Source: a virus
Lineage: Duplodnaviria; Caudoviricetes
IMG/VR virus record: IMGVR_UViG_3300009008_000050
Span: 1 to 52,950 of that record
DNA length: 52,950 nt
Strand: one strand, 5' to 3'
The first letter of the stretch is position 1; the number at the start of each line of letters is the position of its first letter. This document shows, in pieces, positions 27,826-38,343 of the stretch. The notes below the pieces were generated by a model. It was not told where the DNA came from. It saw only the letters and a program-made list of their open reading frames with translations, and searched no databases. Both the position numbers and the translations under genes were made by a program.

Positions 27826-29562
27826 ATGACAATATTAACACAAAGCGGGGCCCTCGGGGTAGAAGATTCTAATATTATTCCAGAGACTAGCGCCGATCAG
27901 TTTATATGGACGGCCCCCGGGATGATTCGAAAATTAACAGAAGTGGATTCTTTCGAAAATACAGCTATTACAGGAGGCGGGCTTTCTACGACGGATACCA
28001 GACAGAATCCATCAGTATTCTTTTTAACAATAGCGCGCAGAGGGCCTGATGATAACGTTTCTATAGGCAGTTATTTCGATGGCTTTGGTGTTGCCCTAAT
28101 ACCTATTTCAGAGGAAGACTACGCTAATGGTAGGTTTAACCTTTATATAGTTGACAACGAGCCGGCTGCTAGAGAAGTTATTTTGGGAGAAAAATTACAT
28201 ACGGGCTGGGGCGACTACGGATATCTTGCGGCAACAAGTGTACCTTTCTATGCTACAACAGTAGACGACTCTTATTTTTACAACTTCGAGCTTTTGGTAG
28301 ACGAAGATAACGCGTTGCGCTTTTCTCTCTGGGAAAGCACCTCTCTTAAGCCAGCTTCCCCTAGTATTACTTACGGCGCACATGTTCCTTCTGGCGAGGG
28401 AAGCTATTGGGGTGTTTCTACGAGCCGGACCGATGGATATAAGTGGAGAGTCGGCAACATGGCTTTATGGGGCCGGGGTGAAAAGTATGGTGTTCTTGAG
28501 TGTAAGCTATCGACAGAAAATATATCAGAAACAGCCATTGTAAAAGCACACGCATATGCTTCAGGATATAATTCGGATGATGTAACCGACGACGCGGGTG
28601 TGAGTCTGTTTATAAAGAATCAAGAAACTGGGCTATGGGAAGAGAAAGATTCTAACGAAAGTTCTGTCGGCGGAGAAAGTGCGCTTCTCGATTCGGGAGA
28701 GCTTCTCTTGTCTACATATGCTACCGCGTCAATACCGCAGCGTATAGAGGCTACAGTCGCCCCAGCGTACCCTTCTAGTTACGGAAACGGCTATGACTCA
28801 ATTGTTAACGTAGACTATATATGGGCAGAATCGTGGGATGCCGCAGTTGCTCATATTGGCGGAAAAAGCGATGTTTATATAGAAGAAGGCACCCTACCAA
28901 CCCTGACATACATTGATTTATACAATACAGGGACAATAGAGTTTCTCGTCCCATCTAATACAAAAATCCAAGATGTAGCTGATTTTATACAGCCGATTCT
29001 ATGGGTTTCCGAAATAGAGTCTCTTGATATAAACGGCGACCCGACTGGGGTTTATTTAAGCCTTAATAGCGATTATTCGTTTAGCTGCGAAAATCCTAAT
29101 TATAGATTTTCTATAGAAGAGACAATAAAGATTATTCTCACCACCCCTAATCAAAACATTAGAGTGCATTACTATACTTATTCTAATATTAACGCGGCGC
29201 AAATCTACTGTGACGAGTCTTTACATCGCAATATAACTAATGATATTTTAGCAAAGGCTAAACAACCGCTAGAATTATTTATAACAATGACCGCAACAAC
29301 CACTCTTCTTCCGCCTACTATAAGAGGTGCTATTTCACAATACCTCACCCAGGCAGAAGATTTAGAAGTAACATTCGCTACACTCGAAGCCCTCGTCTTA
29401 GCCCTCGAAGGGGTTTCGGCAGCTTCTATAACCAGCGTTACTCAAAGATTGCATGAAATAGATGGTTCTACAGAAGATACTGAATTAACCGAAAAAATAA
29501 CCAGGACGAACATACAGCAATTTTGTCTCGTCGACGATGCGGAGCATATTGAAATTGGATAA
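27826..29562 (+). CDS. Baseplate wedge protein carrying J-like C-terminal domains
   Basis: GGKSDVYI motif and a J-like C-terminal alpha/beta pattern; own AGGAG RBS. Confidence 0.5.
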   Translation: MTILTQSGALGVEDSNIIPETSADQFIWTAPGMIRKLTEVDSFENTAITGGGLSTTDTRQNPSVFFLTIARRGPDDNVSIGSYFDGFGVALIPISEEDYANGRFNLYIVDNEPAAREVILGEKLHTGWGDYGYLAATSVPFYATTVDDSYFYNFELLVDEDNALRFSLWESTSLKPASPSITYGAHVPSGEGSYWGVSTSRTDGYKWRVGNMALWGRGEKYGVLECKLSTENISETAIVKAHAYASGYNSDDVTDDAGVSLFIKNQETGLWEEKDSNESSVGGESALLDSGELLLSTYATASIPQRIEATVAPAYPSSYGNGYDSIVNVDYIWAESWDAAVAHIGGKSDVYIEEGTLPTLTYIDLYNTGTIEFLVPSNTKIQDVADFIQPILWVSEIESLDINGDPTGVYLSLNSDYSFSCENPNYRFSIEETIKIILTTPNQNIRVHYYTYSNINAAQIYCDESLHRNITNDILAKAKQPLELFITMTATTTLLPPTIRGAISQYLTQAEDLEVTFATLEALVLALEGVSAASITSVTQRLHEIDGSTEDTELTEKITRTNIQQFCLVDDAEHIEIG

Positions 29563-29565
29563 AAT

Positions 29566-30978
29566 ATGGCGCTAGAAAAAAACCAAGAAGAGCACTCTAA
29601 TAATCTTAGTTGGCGTGGCTTTGATGTAATATGGGATAATCTCAGTAATTTCTGGGATAATATGCCCGGGAGAGAATATCTTACTATTGTATGGAAGGCG
29701 TGGGATGCTCTTGTTAATCCTTTGAAATATTATATTAGAAGAAAATCTCTCGATCATTCTATTTTTTCAGAGTCTTATAATAAAAGAAATATTTACGCAG
29801 TTCCTATAAAGCTTACATTCCCTTTATCTTCTGAGAGTCATAGCTTTTATGTTAATTCGGAATTTGCGAATATTACCGTTTTAACAGATTATATAAATTC
29901 TCCTGAAAATATTCTTAGGTCTTCAAATGGTGACTTTACTTTTGCTCGCGGTGACACAGACTCTGACCGTGGTATTATAACTTTCTCGAGCGAGAGTTAC
30001 TCTAACTCTATGTGGGTTACTCAGTATAAGTTGAAAAAAATCAACGAAATCGTCGGCCGCTTCGGGGTTTTCGTAGATTTCGATCGCAAGACTAAATACG
30101 AAACGAAGACTATAGAAGAAATTCTTGGATTAATGATGGCACAACAACTTGGGCCAACCATCCCGCGTCTTGAGGCCGGGGTAAATATTATCAACGAATG
30201 GCCCTACTCTCCCGCGGGGGGCACGGTATCGTCAGTTAATGATTCTCGTATCGTTGTGAGGAAAGACGCCGGTGGCTCTTCGTTTATCTACAACAATATT
30301 GACTTAGACTTCGAGCATCGCGAAGATGGCGATGGGGATTTAGTTGACACTACAGAAGGCTCTGTCATTATTGAATACAGCCCGCTTACAAAGGCGGTTC
30401 GCTTCGACGACGTAATTACAATGCCCGATATGCACTCTCGGTTCCCTATTAGTTACTACGAGAGATGGCACACATTCCTGGTGAGATTTGACGAAGGCCT
30501 CCCCGACACCACCTCCTTTGTTGATGCAACCACATCTGAAGTAACATATGATATAGACTGGGATTGGTCGCAGAGATTTGTCGAGCGTAATAAGCCAGTG
30601 GGTGCGAAGCCTTACTATATGGTGTATATAAACGCTAGGCCGACCTCGGGCGTTTCGGCTACGTCGTATGTAGATCTCCCCGCCCCAACCTGCGGAATTA
30701 TTACAAGCTGGACGGAGTTTAACGAATTACCGCCGACATGCGGAATTCTTACAAATTATAATATAGAGTTAAATATTCCGATCAATGGGGTGTTCACTAC
30801 CTTTGGCATTGATATAGACACCATTCCCGCAGCGTCGATACTCTTGACGGCTTTTGTTAATTTTAGTGGATTTGATATAATAACAGGGGTAGAGTCATCG
30901 CTAGAAGATGGTGGCGATGTCATTATTTATTTAGACGAAGCAGCAGAATTAGAAGAATTCTCAGAATTAGGAGTGTAA
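29566..30978 (+). CDS. Baseplate wedge protein, P2 gpI/T4 gp7-like
   Basis: GPTIPRLEAGVNII and FVERNKPVG motifs; follows the J-like genes. Confidence 0.55.
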   Translation: MALEKNQEEHSNNLSWRGFDVIWDNLSNFWDNMPGREYLTIVWKAWDALVNPLKYYIRRKSLDHSIFSESYNKRNIYAVPIKLTFPLSSESHSFYVNSEFANITVLTDYINSPENILRSSNGDFTFARGDTDSDRGIITFSSESYSNSMWVTQYKLKKINEIVGRFGVFVDFDRKTKYETKTIEEILGLMMAQQLGPTIPRLEAGVNIINEWPYSPAGGTVSSVNDSRIVVRKDAGGSSFIYNNIDLDFEHREDGDGDLVDTTEGSVIIEYSPLTKAVRFDDVITMPDMHSRFPISYYERWHTFLVRFDEGLPDTTSFVDATTSEVTYDIDWDWSQRFVERNKPVGAKPYYMVYINARPTSGVSATSYVDLPAPTCGIITSWTEFNELPPTCGILTNYNIELNIPINGVFTTFGIDIDTIPAASILLTAFVNFSGFDIITGVESSLEDGGDVIIYLDEAAELEEFSELGV

Positions 30979-30979
30979 T

Positions 30980-31213
30980 ATGGAGACAATAAACAAATCA
31001 ACAACTTGGGGCGATGCGGTAGATGATATTAATAGTAATTTTGACGATGTAGATTATTCCGAACATCTACACCTGCCACGCGTGAATGATGAAAATATGG
31101 CAACCACGGGGGGGACAAAGGGCGAGCTTGTATACAACGTGTTCGATGATTATCTTTATTATTGCACCGCGACGGCCGATCCGGGCACCTGGGCAAAAAT
31201 AAAGACATTTTAA
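30980..31213 (+). CDS. Small tail/fibre-associated protein
   Basis: AGGAG RBS; GELVYN...LYYC.....W motif is common in fibre modules. Confidence 0.55.
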   Translation: METINKSTTWGDAVDDINSNFDDVDYSEHLHLPRVNDENMATTGGTKGELVYNVFDDYLYYCTATADPGTWAKIKTF

Positions 31214-31225
31214 AGGAGGCAACTA

Positions 31226-32497
31226 ATGGGAACAATAATAATGGTAAACAAAGAAGCCGATGTGCAGTATAATCACATCAAAGTATATAAGCCGACGACG
31301 GGCACAATTTCCCCGGGGTACGGCGGCTGGGGCATAAGAGAGCGCGACGAAGGGCTGGCGTATCGCGCGCCGGTTTTGTGCGCAGCCTATCCTATACCCG
31401 GAGGCACCAGAGTAAGCAACGTTGCCTTTATGCTTTCTGACGAAGAGGGCATTGCGAGCCCATATGTTTCGTTTGGGATATGGCGAGAGAATAACTTAGC
31501 ACCCCTGGTAATGACGCGCATTGCGGGGTTTAAAATAGAAGAGGGCGATGTGGGCGCCTGGGAAATGGATGTCAGGTACACCGTTAACTTCGACTCGATT
31601 TATTTAACCCCGAGCTCGACTTATACATATTATCTATGCGTATACGGCGACGGCTTAAAATTGCACCGCACTAATAGCGGAGCCACTTCTGATGGCGCGA
31701 TGTTTTACGATGATGGCATTTTCCCTATAACTGACATCAATCTCGCCACGGCCACTACAATTGACGTAGCTGACCTAACCGACACCACTGCGGCTATCTC
31801 CGCCGAAATGTGGGGGACCGTTACTTCTTGGGAACAGGATCTAAACGGCGGATGTATTTTAGAAGAGTCTACTGATTGGCATGACACGGGAATTACAGCA
31901 AGCGACTGGAATGACCCTACTTCTATTCAGGAAGATGACGCTAATGTCGCAACGTCTAACACAACCGGGGCTAGAATTTGGATTGATTTAGGAGATGGCT
32001 TGGATCCTACTACAGCATGGGAAGATTTGCCTGCGGCTACTAGGGTATTATTCCCTGACTACGAGACCACGGGGGTTCGTGCGTGTGCTAGAGTATATGC
32101 AGAAGGAACTATAGACACAGGCGGAGAAATTTCGATAGAATGGTCGGATATAGACTCTACCTCAAGACCAGTGTCTGGGTGGCAGAATCTACTGGTGATA
32201 GATGAGCCCGGTGCGTTTGACACAACGGCCGACCTTCCCGAAATCGCCCGCTGGCTTAAAATAGAAGAAGAGGGCTCTCCGGCTATCAACGACGAAATCT
32301 CTTACTTCCGCATAGATCAATTCCGCGTTGGGATAGATGACGGTGAATTTCACGTGGATCATAGCGCTGACCCGCACCACGTGTGGGTAAAAAACTACCC
32401 GCTTGCAGACATGGTTTACAAAACCTCAATTGGCAACATTGCAGGCGCCGAGTCAGAAACGTCGGAAGAGTTCACTAACAGAATAAATAAGGACTAA
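31226..32497 (+). CDS. Putative tail structural protein (acidic, beta-rich)
   Basis: AAGGAGG RBS, synteny, composition. Confidence 0.55.
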   Translation: MGTIIMVNKEADVQYNHIKVYKPTTGTISPGYGGWGIRERDEGLAYRAPVLCAAYPIPGGTRVSNVAFMLSDEEGIASPYVSFGIWRENNLAPLVMTRIAGFKIEEGDVGAWEMDVRYTVNFDSIYLTPSSTYTYYLCVYGDGLKLHRTNSGATSDGAMFYDDGIFPITDINLATATTIDVADLTDTTAAISAEMWGTVTSWEQDLNGGCILEESTDWHDTGITASDWNDPTSIQEDDANVATSNTTGARIWIDLGDGLDPTTAWEDLPAATRVLFPDYETTGVRACARVYAEGTIDTGGEISIEWSDIDSTSRPVSGWQNLLVIDEPGAFDTTADLPEIARWLKIEEEGSPAINDEISYFRIDQFRVGIDDGEFHVDHSADPHHVWVKNYPLADMVYKTSIGNIAGAESETSEEFTNRINKD

Positions 32498-34425
32498 TGC
32501 CTGAAAAGTATATAATAAAAGACGGCGCGATTCGCGACTTAGCGGATGATTATAGCGATCTGCAGGGTGTTTTAAATAGCAACCTGCAGACTGCCGTCGC
32601 ATTATTTGCAGAAAGACCTGGCTTGCTTTTTGAGAACGAAACTGATTTCATAATCACCGTTGGCGTAGAGAGCTTAACTTGCTCCAATATCAATAAGATG
32701 ATTTTTGGCAATAACATCTGCGTTACGCCATCTGAGGCCGAGATGGGGGTTTCTGGTGGTTCGCTCCCTCTCGATACGGAGACTACGTATTATCTATATT
32801 TTTCGTTGATTGAAGTAGAATCCGATCCCGGCACTTACGAAGAAGGCTACCCAGAAGGCGACACAGAAAATACCACAATCACATACGATGTTGAGTTGCA
32901 ACTACTTGAGGGGACAAAAGAATCCGAGGCGCTTCTAAAAATCTGCTCGCTTTCATATGAATTCGTTGAAGAAGAAGAAGAGGGGGCGTGGGTTGCTAAC
33001 TACGAAGGGGTGTCCCTTAAACTTCGTAGCGATCAACAAAAGACGGGGCTGAGTGCGCCTGAGAATATTTCATATACAAATATCTTTCAGAGGCAGCTTA
33101 TTAATTCAGAGGGCGCAAATACCGTATCTCCGACAACCAACCTTTCGCTTAGCGGATTGCTTCTCAAAGTCGAATGGGACGCTCTTCTCAACAATCGTGG
33201 CATCTACGGCTACGAAGTAAAGCTAACCCCATGTCGTGGCGACGAGCCTGTTGTCAACTTCTCCGAAACAAAAATTGTCCCCGCTCAGCGTAGTGAGACT
33301 TCGCATTCTATACACATGGAGGTTTGCGAGGGTGTATATTATAGATTAGAGGTTCGTGCCATCGGTACGGGCTTTTCCCCTGGCGACTGGAGCAATCCTA
33401 TATTGTTATTGGCGGGAAGTAGCGGAGAAATTCCAGACGTACCTGATCTTTCAATAACTGAGGAAGCCCCGCCTAGCGTATTAAACATCATGACTTCAAT
33501 ACCAAATCCGCCTTCAACACCGTATTTTATACAGATATTCAAAAACGCAGAAGTGATTTATGAGGGTGCGCCAGGCCTACATAGCCATATGCTAGCCCCG
33601 ACAGATACTAATGTAGAAATAAAAACCCGCGTGGTAGCCGGCGGCGGAGTGTGCTCGGGATTTGCAACATTTTCCGAAACATTTACGGCGGTGATCTTTG
33701 ACGGCGCACTTGCCACGGAAGTTGGTATGCTTGCAATACCAATAGACTTAATAAGCACACATGAAGATCATTTTTATAGTGAAAACACTTTAACATGCGA
33801 AGCCACTGTCCCCAGCGGGGGAGATGATATTAAAGTTGAGATAGGTGATTACGAAAAAGAATTGGTAAGCATCCAAGAAGGCGTAGTAATTACAGCCGTT
33901 ATATCTAATTCGTCAAAGCCGCTTATTGTCCCGAATGGCGCCTATACTATAACTAAAATAACAGAAAATGATAACGAATGGTCTGTTTTTTTTGAAGGCC
34001 AGGGCATTAGCGCCGCTGGAAGCGGTACATGTGATTTAGAAATTTATAGTCCGGTTGGGGTATTAAACGAACCAATCTCAATATTTTCTATCCCCGGCGA
34101 TATAAAAATCACAAGAATGAGCTTTGTTTCTCGAGCCTGTTCGATAATAGATGGTGCCGTCGAAAACTTAAGTCTTCAAATAGACACGGAAAACCGGGAA
34201 TCACCATATTCCCTAACGCTTTCGGGCAATCGACCGGGGCTATATGTTGGCTCGTCCAATCCTTACAACACGGATGACTGTATGCATATTTACCAGCGGG
34301 GTAATATAGAAGACCCCTGCGTCTTAACAGATTCTGCAACGTGCCGAATAGTAGCTGACTATTACGGGGGGACATTAAATGTAAATGGCACTCTCTTGCT
34401 TTACTACGAAAAGGTGAGCGAATGA
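32497..34425 (+). CDS. Putative tail fibre/appendage protein with an Fn3-like domain, paralog 1
   Basis: LKVEWD...GYEV...YRLEVRAIG....GDWS Fn3 signature. Confidence 0.6.
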   Translation: MPEKYIIKDGAIRDLADDYSDLQGVLNSNLQTAVALFAERPGLLFENETDFIITVGVESLTCSNINKMIFGNNICVTPSEAEMGVSGGSLPLDTETTYYLYFSLIEVESDPGTYEEGYPEGDTENTTITYDVELQLLEGTKESEALLKICSLSYEFVEEEEEGAWVANYEGVSLKLRSDQQKTGLSAPENISYTNIFQRQLINSEGANTVSPTTNLSLSGLLLKVEWDALLNNRGIYGYEVKLTPCRGDEPVVNFSETKIVPAQRSETSHSIHMEVCEGVYYRLEVRAIGTGFSPGDWSNPILLLAGSSGEIPDVPDLSITEEAPPSVLNIMTSIPNPPSTPYFIQIFKNAEVIYEGAPGLHSHMLAPTDTNVEIKTRVVAGGGVCSGFATFSETFTAVIFDGALATEVGMLAIPIDLISTHEDHFYSENTLTCEATVPSGGDDIKVEIGDYEKELVSIQEGVVITAVISNSSKPLIVPNGAYTITKITENDNEWSVFFEGQGISAAGSGTCDLEIYSPVGVLNEPISIFSIPGDIKITRMSFVSRACSIIDGAVENLSLQIDTENRESPYSLTLSGNRPGLYVGSSNPYNTDDCMHIYQRGNIEDPCVLTDSATCRIVADYYGGTLNVNGTLLLYYEKVSE

Positions 34426-36041
34426 TTACAAAATATGTACAGACGGGGTTGATTATTAGCTTCACCGACTTCTACGACGAAATTCAAGACAATGCGATTG
34501 CTAATCTCCAGGAATTTCTTTCTATTGTTTGCAAGACCCCTGGCGTTAAGGTGGCGGATGAAGAATTCGAATGCAGTGTTGACCGTGGGGTGCTTAAGGT
34601 CGACATCGGCCAGGCGGTCTTCCCCAATTACGTCCCATTCTTTCCCGGCACCGAAAGACACGTCGAATTAGACCTGTCGACGATAAACCAACTTAATGAA
34701 TACGAGGTCGTCTTTCAACTTACCGCCGACGATGTGCCCGAGAGTCACCCATACCCCTTTGTTCCAATAGGCAACCCCGATCCCGCTGAGACTCCGCAGT
34801 CAATGCGGCATTACGCAATGGAGTATAGGGCGACTAGAATTATAGTAAGAGAAGAAGAGGCGCCTGACAACTACACACTACAGCTAGCCAGACTTTATTA
34901 CGACAATGGTTGGGTAATAGAAGATATGCGTACCCAGCTTGAGTTGGTTAAGCCGCTGTCTTTTGACGGACATGACGAGCCTAATCTTCTAGCCTCGTCG
35001 ACTAATTTGTCTAAATTAAGACACGTGCCTGAGGGGCGGGCTGATATTACTATAAATAATCAATCTGACATTACTAATATCGCCCCGGGTTCGAGAGCGA
35101 TTGTATCATGGGACCCCATGGATGAAATGGGATTTTACATTGCAAGAATTCACATTCACATCGATATTCTAGCCCCGGACGGCAGTGATCTTCTTTCGCA
35201 GTCTAGGCTCATATTTCATTACGGAGGCACGGAGCGCATTTACACATCTATCCCCTGCGCAAATGGGGTAGATTACATAGCGAAGCTTTTCTATTCCCCA
35301 TCTCTTCTTAACCCGCGCTTTGTTAACCTTGGCGAAGCAAACTTCCGCGGTGGGGCACAGAATTATTCGGACGAGATTGCGACGCCTGCAACATCATATT
35401 CAATAGAATATCTTTATAATACGAGTCGTATAATACGATATACCCCCGGTGAAATTCCGAGCAATGCGGAATTAATGAAAGTTTATATTTATGATCGATT
35501 TGAGGGAGACGATGCCGCACCACCAACACTTCCTTATCAGTATTTATACAAAGAAATGTCCCCCGGGCCATTTACATATTTCGCCAGCGAAGATTCTGTA
35601 GATATAACAATAGAGGTTGTCTTCTGCGACGGAGGGCAACAAAACGTAGCACATTCTTCACAACAAACAATTGAACTCTCACGGGAGCCTATGAATTCGA
35701 ATCAATTAGTTATTCCCATTTTTATCCCTGATGACGACGATGATGCCGTGGGAGAAGAAACAATATACGAAATGACAGCCTGGCGTAATTTTGTAATAGA
35801 CAGAATCCGAGTGGTGGGGACCGGGGACTCTCAATCTGGTGACGACACGTTAGACGTAAAAGATGGCGATGGGAACGTAAGGTATTCCGTTGATTTTGAC
35901 GAATATAACAACGGTGTCGCCGCATTTTCTGGCAGCGATCTGTATTTATTCGAAGAAGATGATGACATTGAATTTACTATAAGTAATGGTGCTGATCTTA
36001 GAGGTAGTACAATATACCTTACTGTAAGGGTGGTAGAATAA
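34422..36041 (+). CDS. Putative tail fibre/appendage protein, paralog 2
   Basis: N-terminus and domain layout resemble both neighbours; ATGA overlap. Confidence 0.55.
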   Translation: MITKYVQTGLIISFTDFYDEIQDNAIANLQEFLSIVCKTPGVKVADEEFECSVDRGVLKVDIGQAVFPNYVPFFPGTERHVELDLSTINQLNEYEVVFQLTADDVPESHPYPFVPIGNPDPAETPQSMRHYAMEYRATRIIVREEEAPDNYTLQLARLYYDNGWVIEDMRTQLELVKPLSFDGHDEPNLLASSTNLSKLRHVPEGRADITINNQSDITNIAPGSRAIVSWDPMDEMGFYIARIHIHIDILAPDGSDLLSQSRLIFHYGGTERIYTSIPCANGVDYIAKLFYSPSLLNPRFVNLGEANFRGGAQNYSDEIATPATSYSIEYLYNTSRIIRYTPGEIPSNAELMKVYIYDRFEGDDAAPPTLPYQYLYKEMSPGPFTYFASEDSVDITIEVVFCDGGQQNVAHSSQQTIELSREPMNSNQLVIPIFIPDDDDDAVGEETIYEMTAWRNFVIDRIRVVGTGDSQSGDDTLDVKDGDGNVRYSVDFDEYNNGVAAFSGSDLYLFEEDDDIEFTISNGADLRGSTIYLTVRVVE

Positions 36042-37651
36042 TGTATTTACATCGCGACGGCTTGCAAATATCCATATCTGATTCAATCGCCCTTCTTCAA
36101 GAATCCGTTAATGATGACATCCAAAATACTATTAAGTTACTTTCAAATAAAGCGGGATGCTTTACTGACTCATATCTTATTACAGAGACAATAGCCCCCA
36201 TCAATAGCAATGCGCCCAAGGCCCTTGCCATTAGAATAGGGAAAATAGTCTTCCCTAGCGGCGAAGTCTTTTTAGGAGAGGATTTTCTATACCAGCTTCC
36301 TATATATGAATCAGAATCAAATCAATACCTTATAGCTACGTACCAGCCGTTAAAAGACGAAAAGGCCGATTACCTTTGTGATTCAGTAGAAGAATATTAC
36401 TTCCGTCGTAATGGTATTAAGCTTGAACTGCAAAATAACTTTATACAGACAAATCTCAACCAAGCGGTATTGGCAAAAGTAACGTTTTTCCCAGGAGAAA
36501 TCTTAGAGATAAACGACTGGCGGCAGATGTTTTCTCCATATCACAAAACCGTTATGTCAGAAATTACCGCTTCAATTACAGAACAATACGAATCGGATTA
36601 TCTCGCCTTCGCCCGCCTGCCGTTTAATATAGAGGGTAAGCTTGTCTCAAGATATTCTTTGCCAACGCGCCTTGCGGACATGTATAAACTTAGACACGAG
36701 ATTTTAAACGACGCAACTAAAATCGCACAAATTGACAATACTATAATTAACTGTGTCGACGCCGACGGCTTCTCTTTGCCAGTCAACCTAATTCCTGTCG
36801 AATACTTACCCGCGGGAGTGAAGGTCGAAACATATATTAAGTCTCTCAACCCATATGATGCCAATGACGAATCCGAATGGCTAGAAATGCTTCCGCGTAC
36901 CACTGGAGAAGATGAAGAGCCCGCCGGGGTAACCCCATCAATTTCTTGGTGTAAAAACATACCTGCGTTTACATATAGGCTGTCTACTGCTGATGGTATA
37001 GACAATCAGGTATATGGTCAGACGTGGTTTGCCGTAGATGTTGGCTGGTATGGTCTATTGGCAGATATTGATATAACAAAGCCGCCTACGAGTGAGAACA
37101 AAGTTGTCTTTCAGGGAGGCGTCGGCACGCCCGGAGAATCGTTATTCTTCCCACGAGAAAGCGACGGGGTTAAATTAGGCGCCCGCGCCGTGGGTGATGG
37201 TAATGTTACGGGGGTAATTACTGGCATTAATGAAACTTCAACGGTATTTACCGAGCCGATTCTGATGAAAATCCCATTTAGGGGACATGGAACTATTGAT
37301 GATGACTACGCTGCCCAGCGATGGTACTCCTGCACAGATGGCAGCGTGCCCGTATTTCAATTACACAACCCATCAGAGAAAGGCATGTATATTACTAGGG
37401 TAGATGTAATAAACTACGGAACGGGAACTGGAGAATCCACTCTATATATCGGCGACGAAGAAATCTGCAGCGTTGATGAAGCGGCTGTTGCCTCGCCCAT
37501 AGTGCCATTTACCGATAGCGCAACCGAGATTGAGATTTTTATTACGGGTCTAGGCGGACGAGATAGCAATAAAATCTTTTACATTAAATCAGATGATAGT
37601 TACATAAACTTCGATGGGGAGCTAACACTGCATGTCTGCTATTATCGATAA
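36041..37651 (+). CDS. Putative tail fibre/appendage protein, paralog 3
   Basis: N-terminus and domain layout resemble the two preceding ORFs; TAATG coupling. Confidence 0.55.
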   Translation: MYLHRDGLQISISDSIALLQESVNDDIQNTIKLLSNKAGCFTDSYLITETIAPINSNAPKALAIRIGKIVFPSGEVFLGEDFLYQLPIYESESNQYLIATYQPLKDEKADYLCDSVEEYYFRRNGIKLELQNNFIQTNLNQAVLAKVTFFPGEILEINDWRQMFSPYHKTVMSEITASITEQYESDYLAFARLPFNIEGKLVSRYSLPTRLADMYKLRHEILNDATKIAQIDNTIINCVDADGFSLPVNLIPVEYLPAGVKVETYIKSLNPYDANDESEWLEMLPRTTGEDEEPAGVTPSISWCKNIPAFTYRLSTADGIDNQVYGQTWFAVDVGWYGLLADIDITKPPTSENKVVFQGGVGTPGESLFFPRESDGVKLGARAVGDGNVTGVITGINETSTVFTEPILMKIPFRGHGTIDDDYAAQRWYSCTDGSVPVFQLHNPSEKGMYITRVDVINYGTGTGESTLYIGDEEICSVDEAAVASPIVPFTDSATEIEIFITGLGGRDSNKIFYIKSDDSYINFDGELTLHVCYYR

Positions 37652-38342
37652 GATTAAAAAATACTCCAAGAATACCCTCATTATAATTCTCGTAATCGCA
37701 CTTGGTATAATGCTAATCCTTCGAGGGTGTTCGGGCGACCACAACGAGAAAATAATCAAGAAGATTGCACAGAATACAATCGGAGAAATTAAAGAGAACT
37801 ATTTCGAGAAGCCTAGCATATTTACACACGGAAAAGTTAGGGTTGACACAGTCTACGTCATTGAGTATTTAGACCCCCCTCCCACCGTAAATGTCTCAGG
37901 AGGTACCATAACCTCCTCAGGAGACGTTTCTTTTGAAATCGGGTATGGCAGCGCCTATTCGCTTTTAAATTGGCGTACGGGCCATTACTACGGCTTAGGG
38001 AGGATTTCTGTCCCTGACTCCAATCATATTGAGATAAATTACCCACGAATTGCTTTCGAGCCAATTCTGTCCGCGGGTTTGTCATTAAACGGCCCAGGTG
38101 TTAGTATAGAGACATTACATTTTAATAACTTTTTAACAATGGAGACAGCCTTGCATTTCCCAGTATTGTACATGGAGACGGATTATAATACCGAAGAGTT
38201 TAATGTGGGCGTCGCTGCCTCGATAGATATCTTCCCAGAGAACACCAATCTTCGCATCGGTGCCGCAGGGACAGTCGATCTCGGGGATCTTTCGCAGCGA
38301 AGATTCACGGTGTTTTTACATACAGATTTGGTGGGGTTTTAA
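37632..38342 (+). CDS. Membrane-anchored protein or lipoprotein
   Basis: Basic N-terminus, hydrophobic helix, lipobox-like LRGC, beta-strand-rich C-terminus ending in Phe. Confidence 0.6.
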   Translation: MSAIIDKIKKYSKNTLIIILVIALGIMLILRGCSGDHNEKIIKKIAQNTIGEIKENYFEKPSIFTHGKVRVDTVYVIEYLDPPPTVNVSGGTITSSGDVSFEIGYGSAYSLLNWRTGHYYGLGRISVPDSNHIEINYPRIAFEPILSAGLSLNGPGVSIETLHFNNFLTMETALHFPVLYMETDYNTEEFNVGVAASIDIFPENTNLRIGAAGTVDLGDLSQRRFTVFLHTDLVGF

Positions 38343-38343
38343 T

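Noticed and set aside
27810-27830. TAG readthrough joining the two J-like ORFs
   Set aside because: The next ORF is in a different frame and has its own RBS
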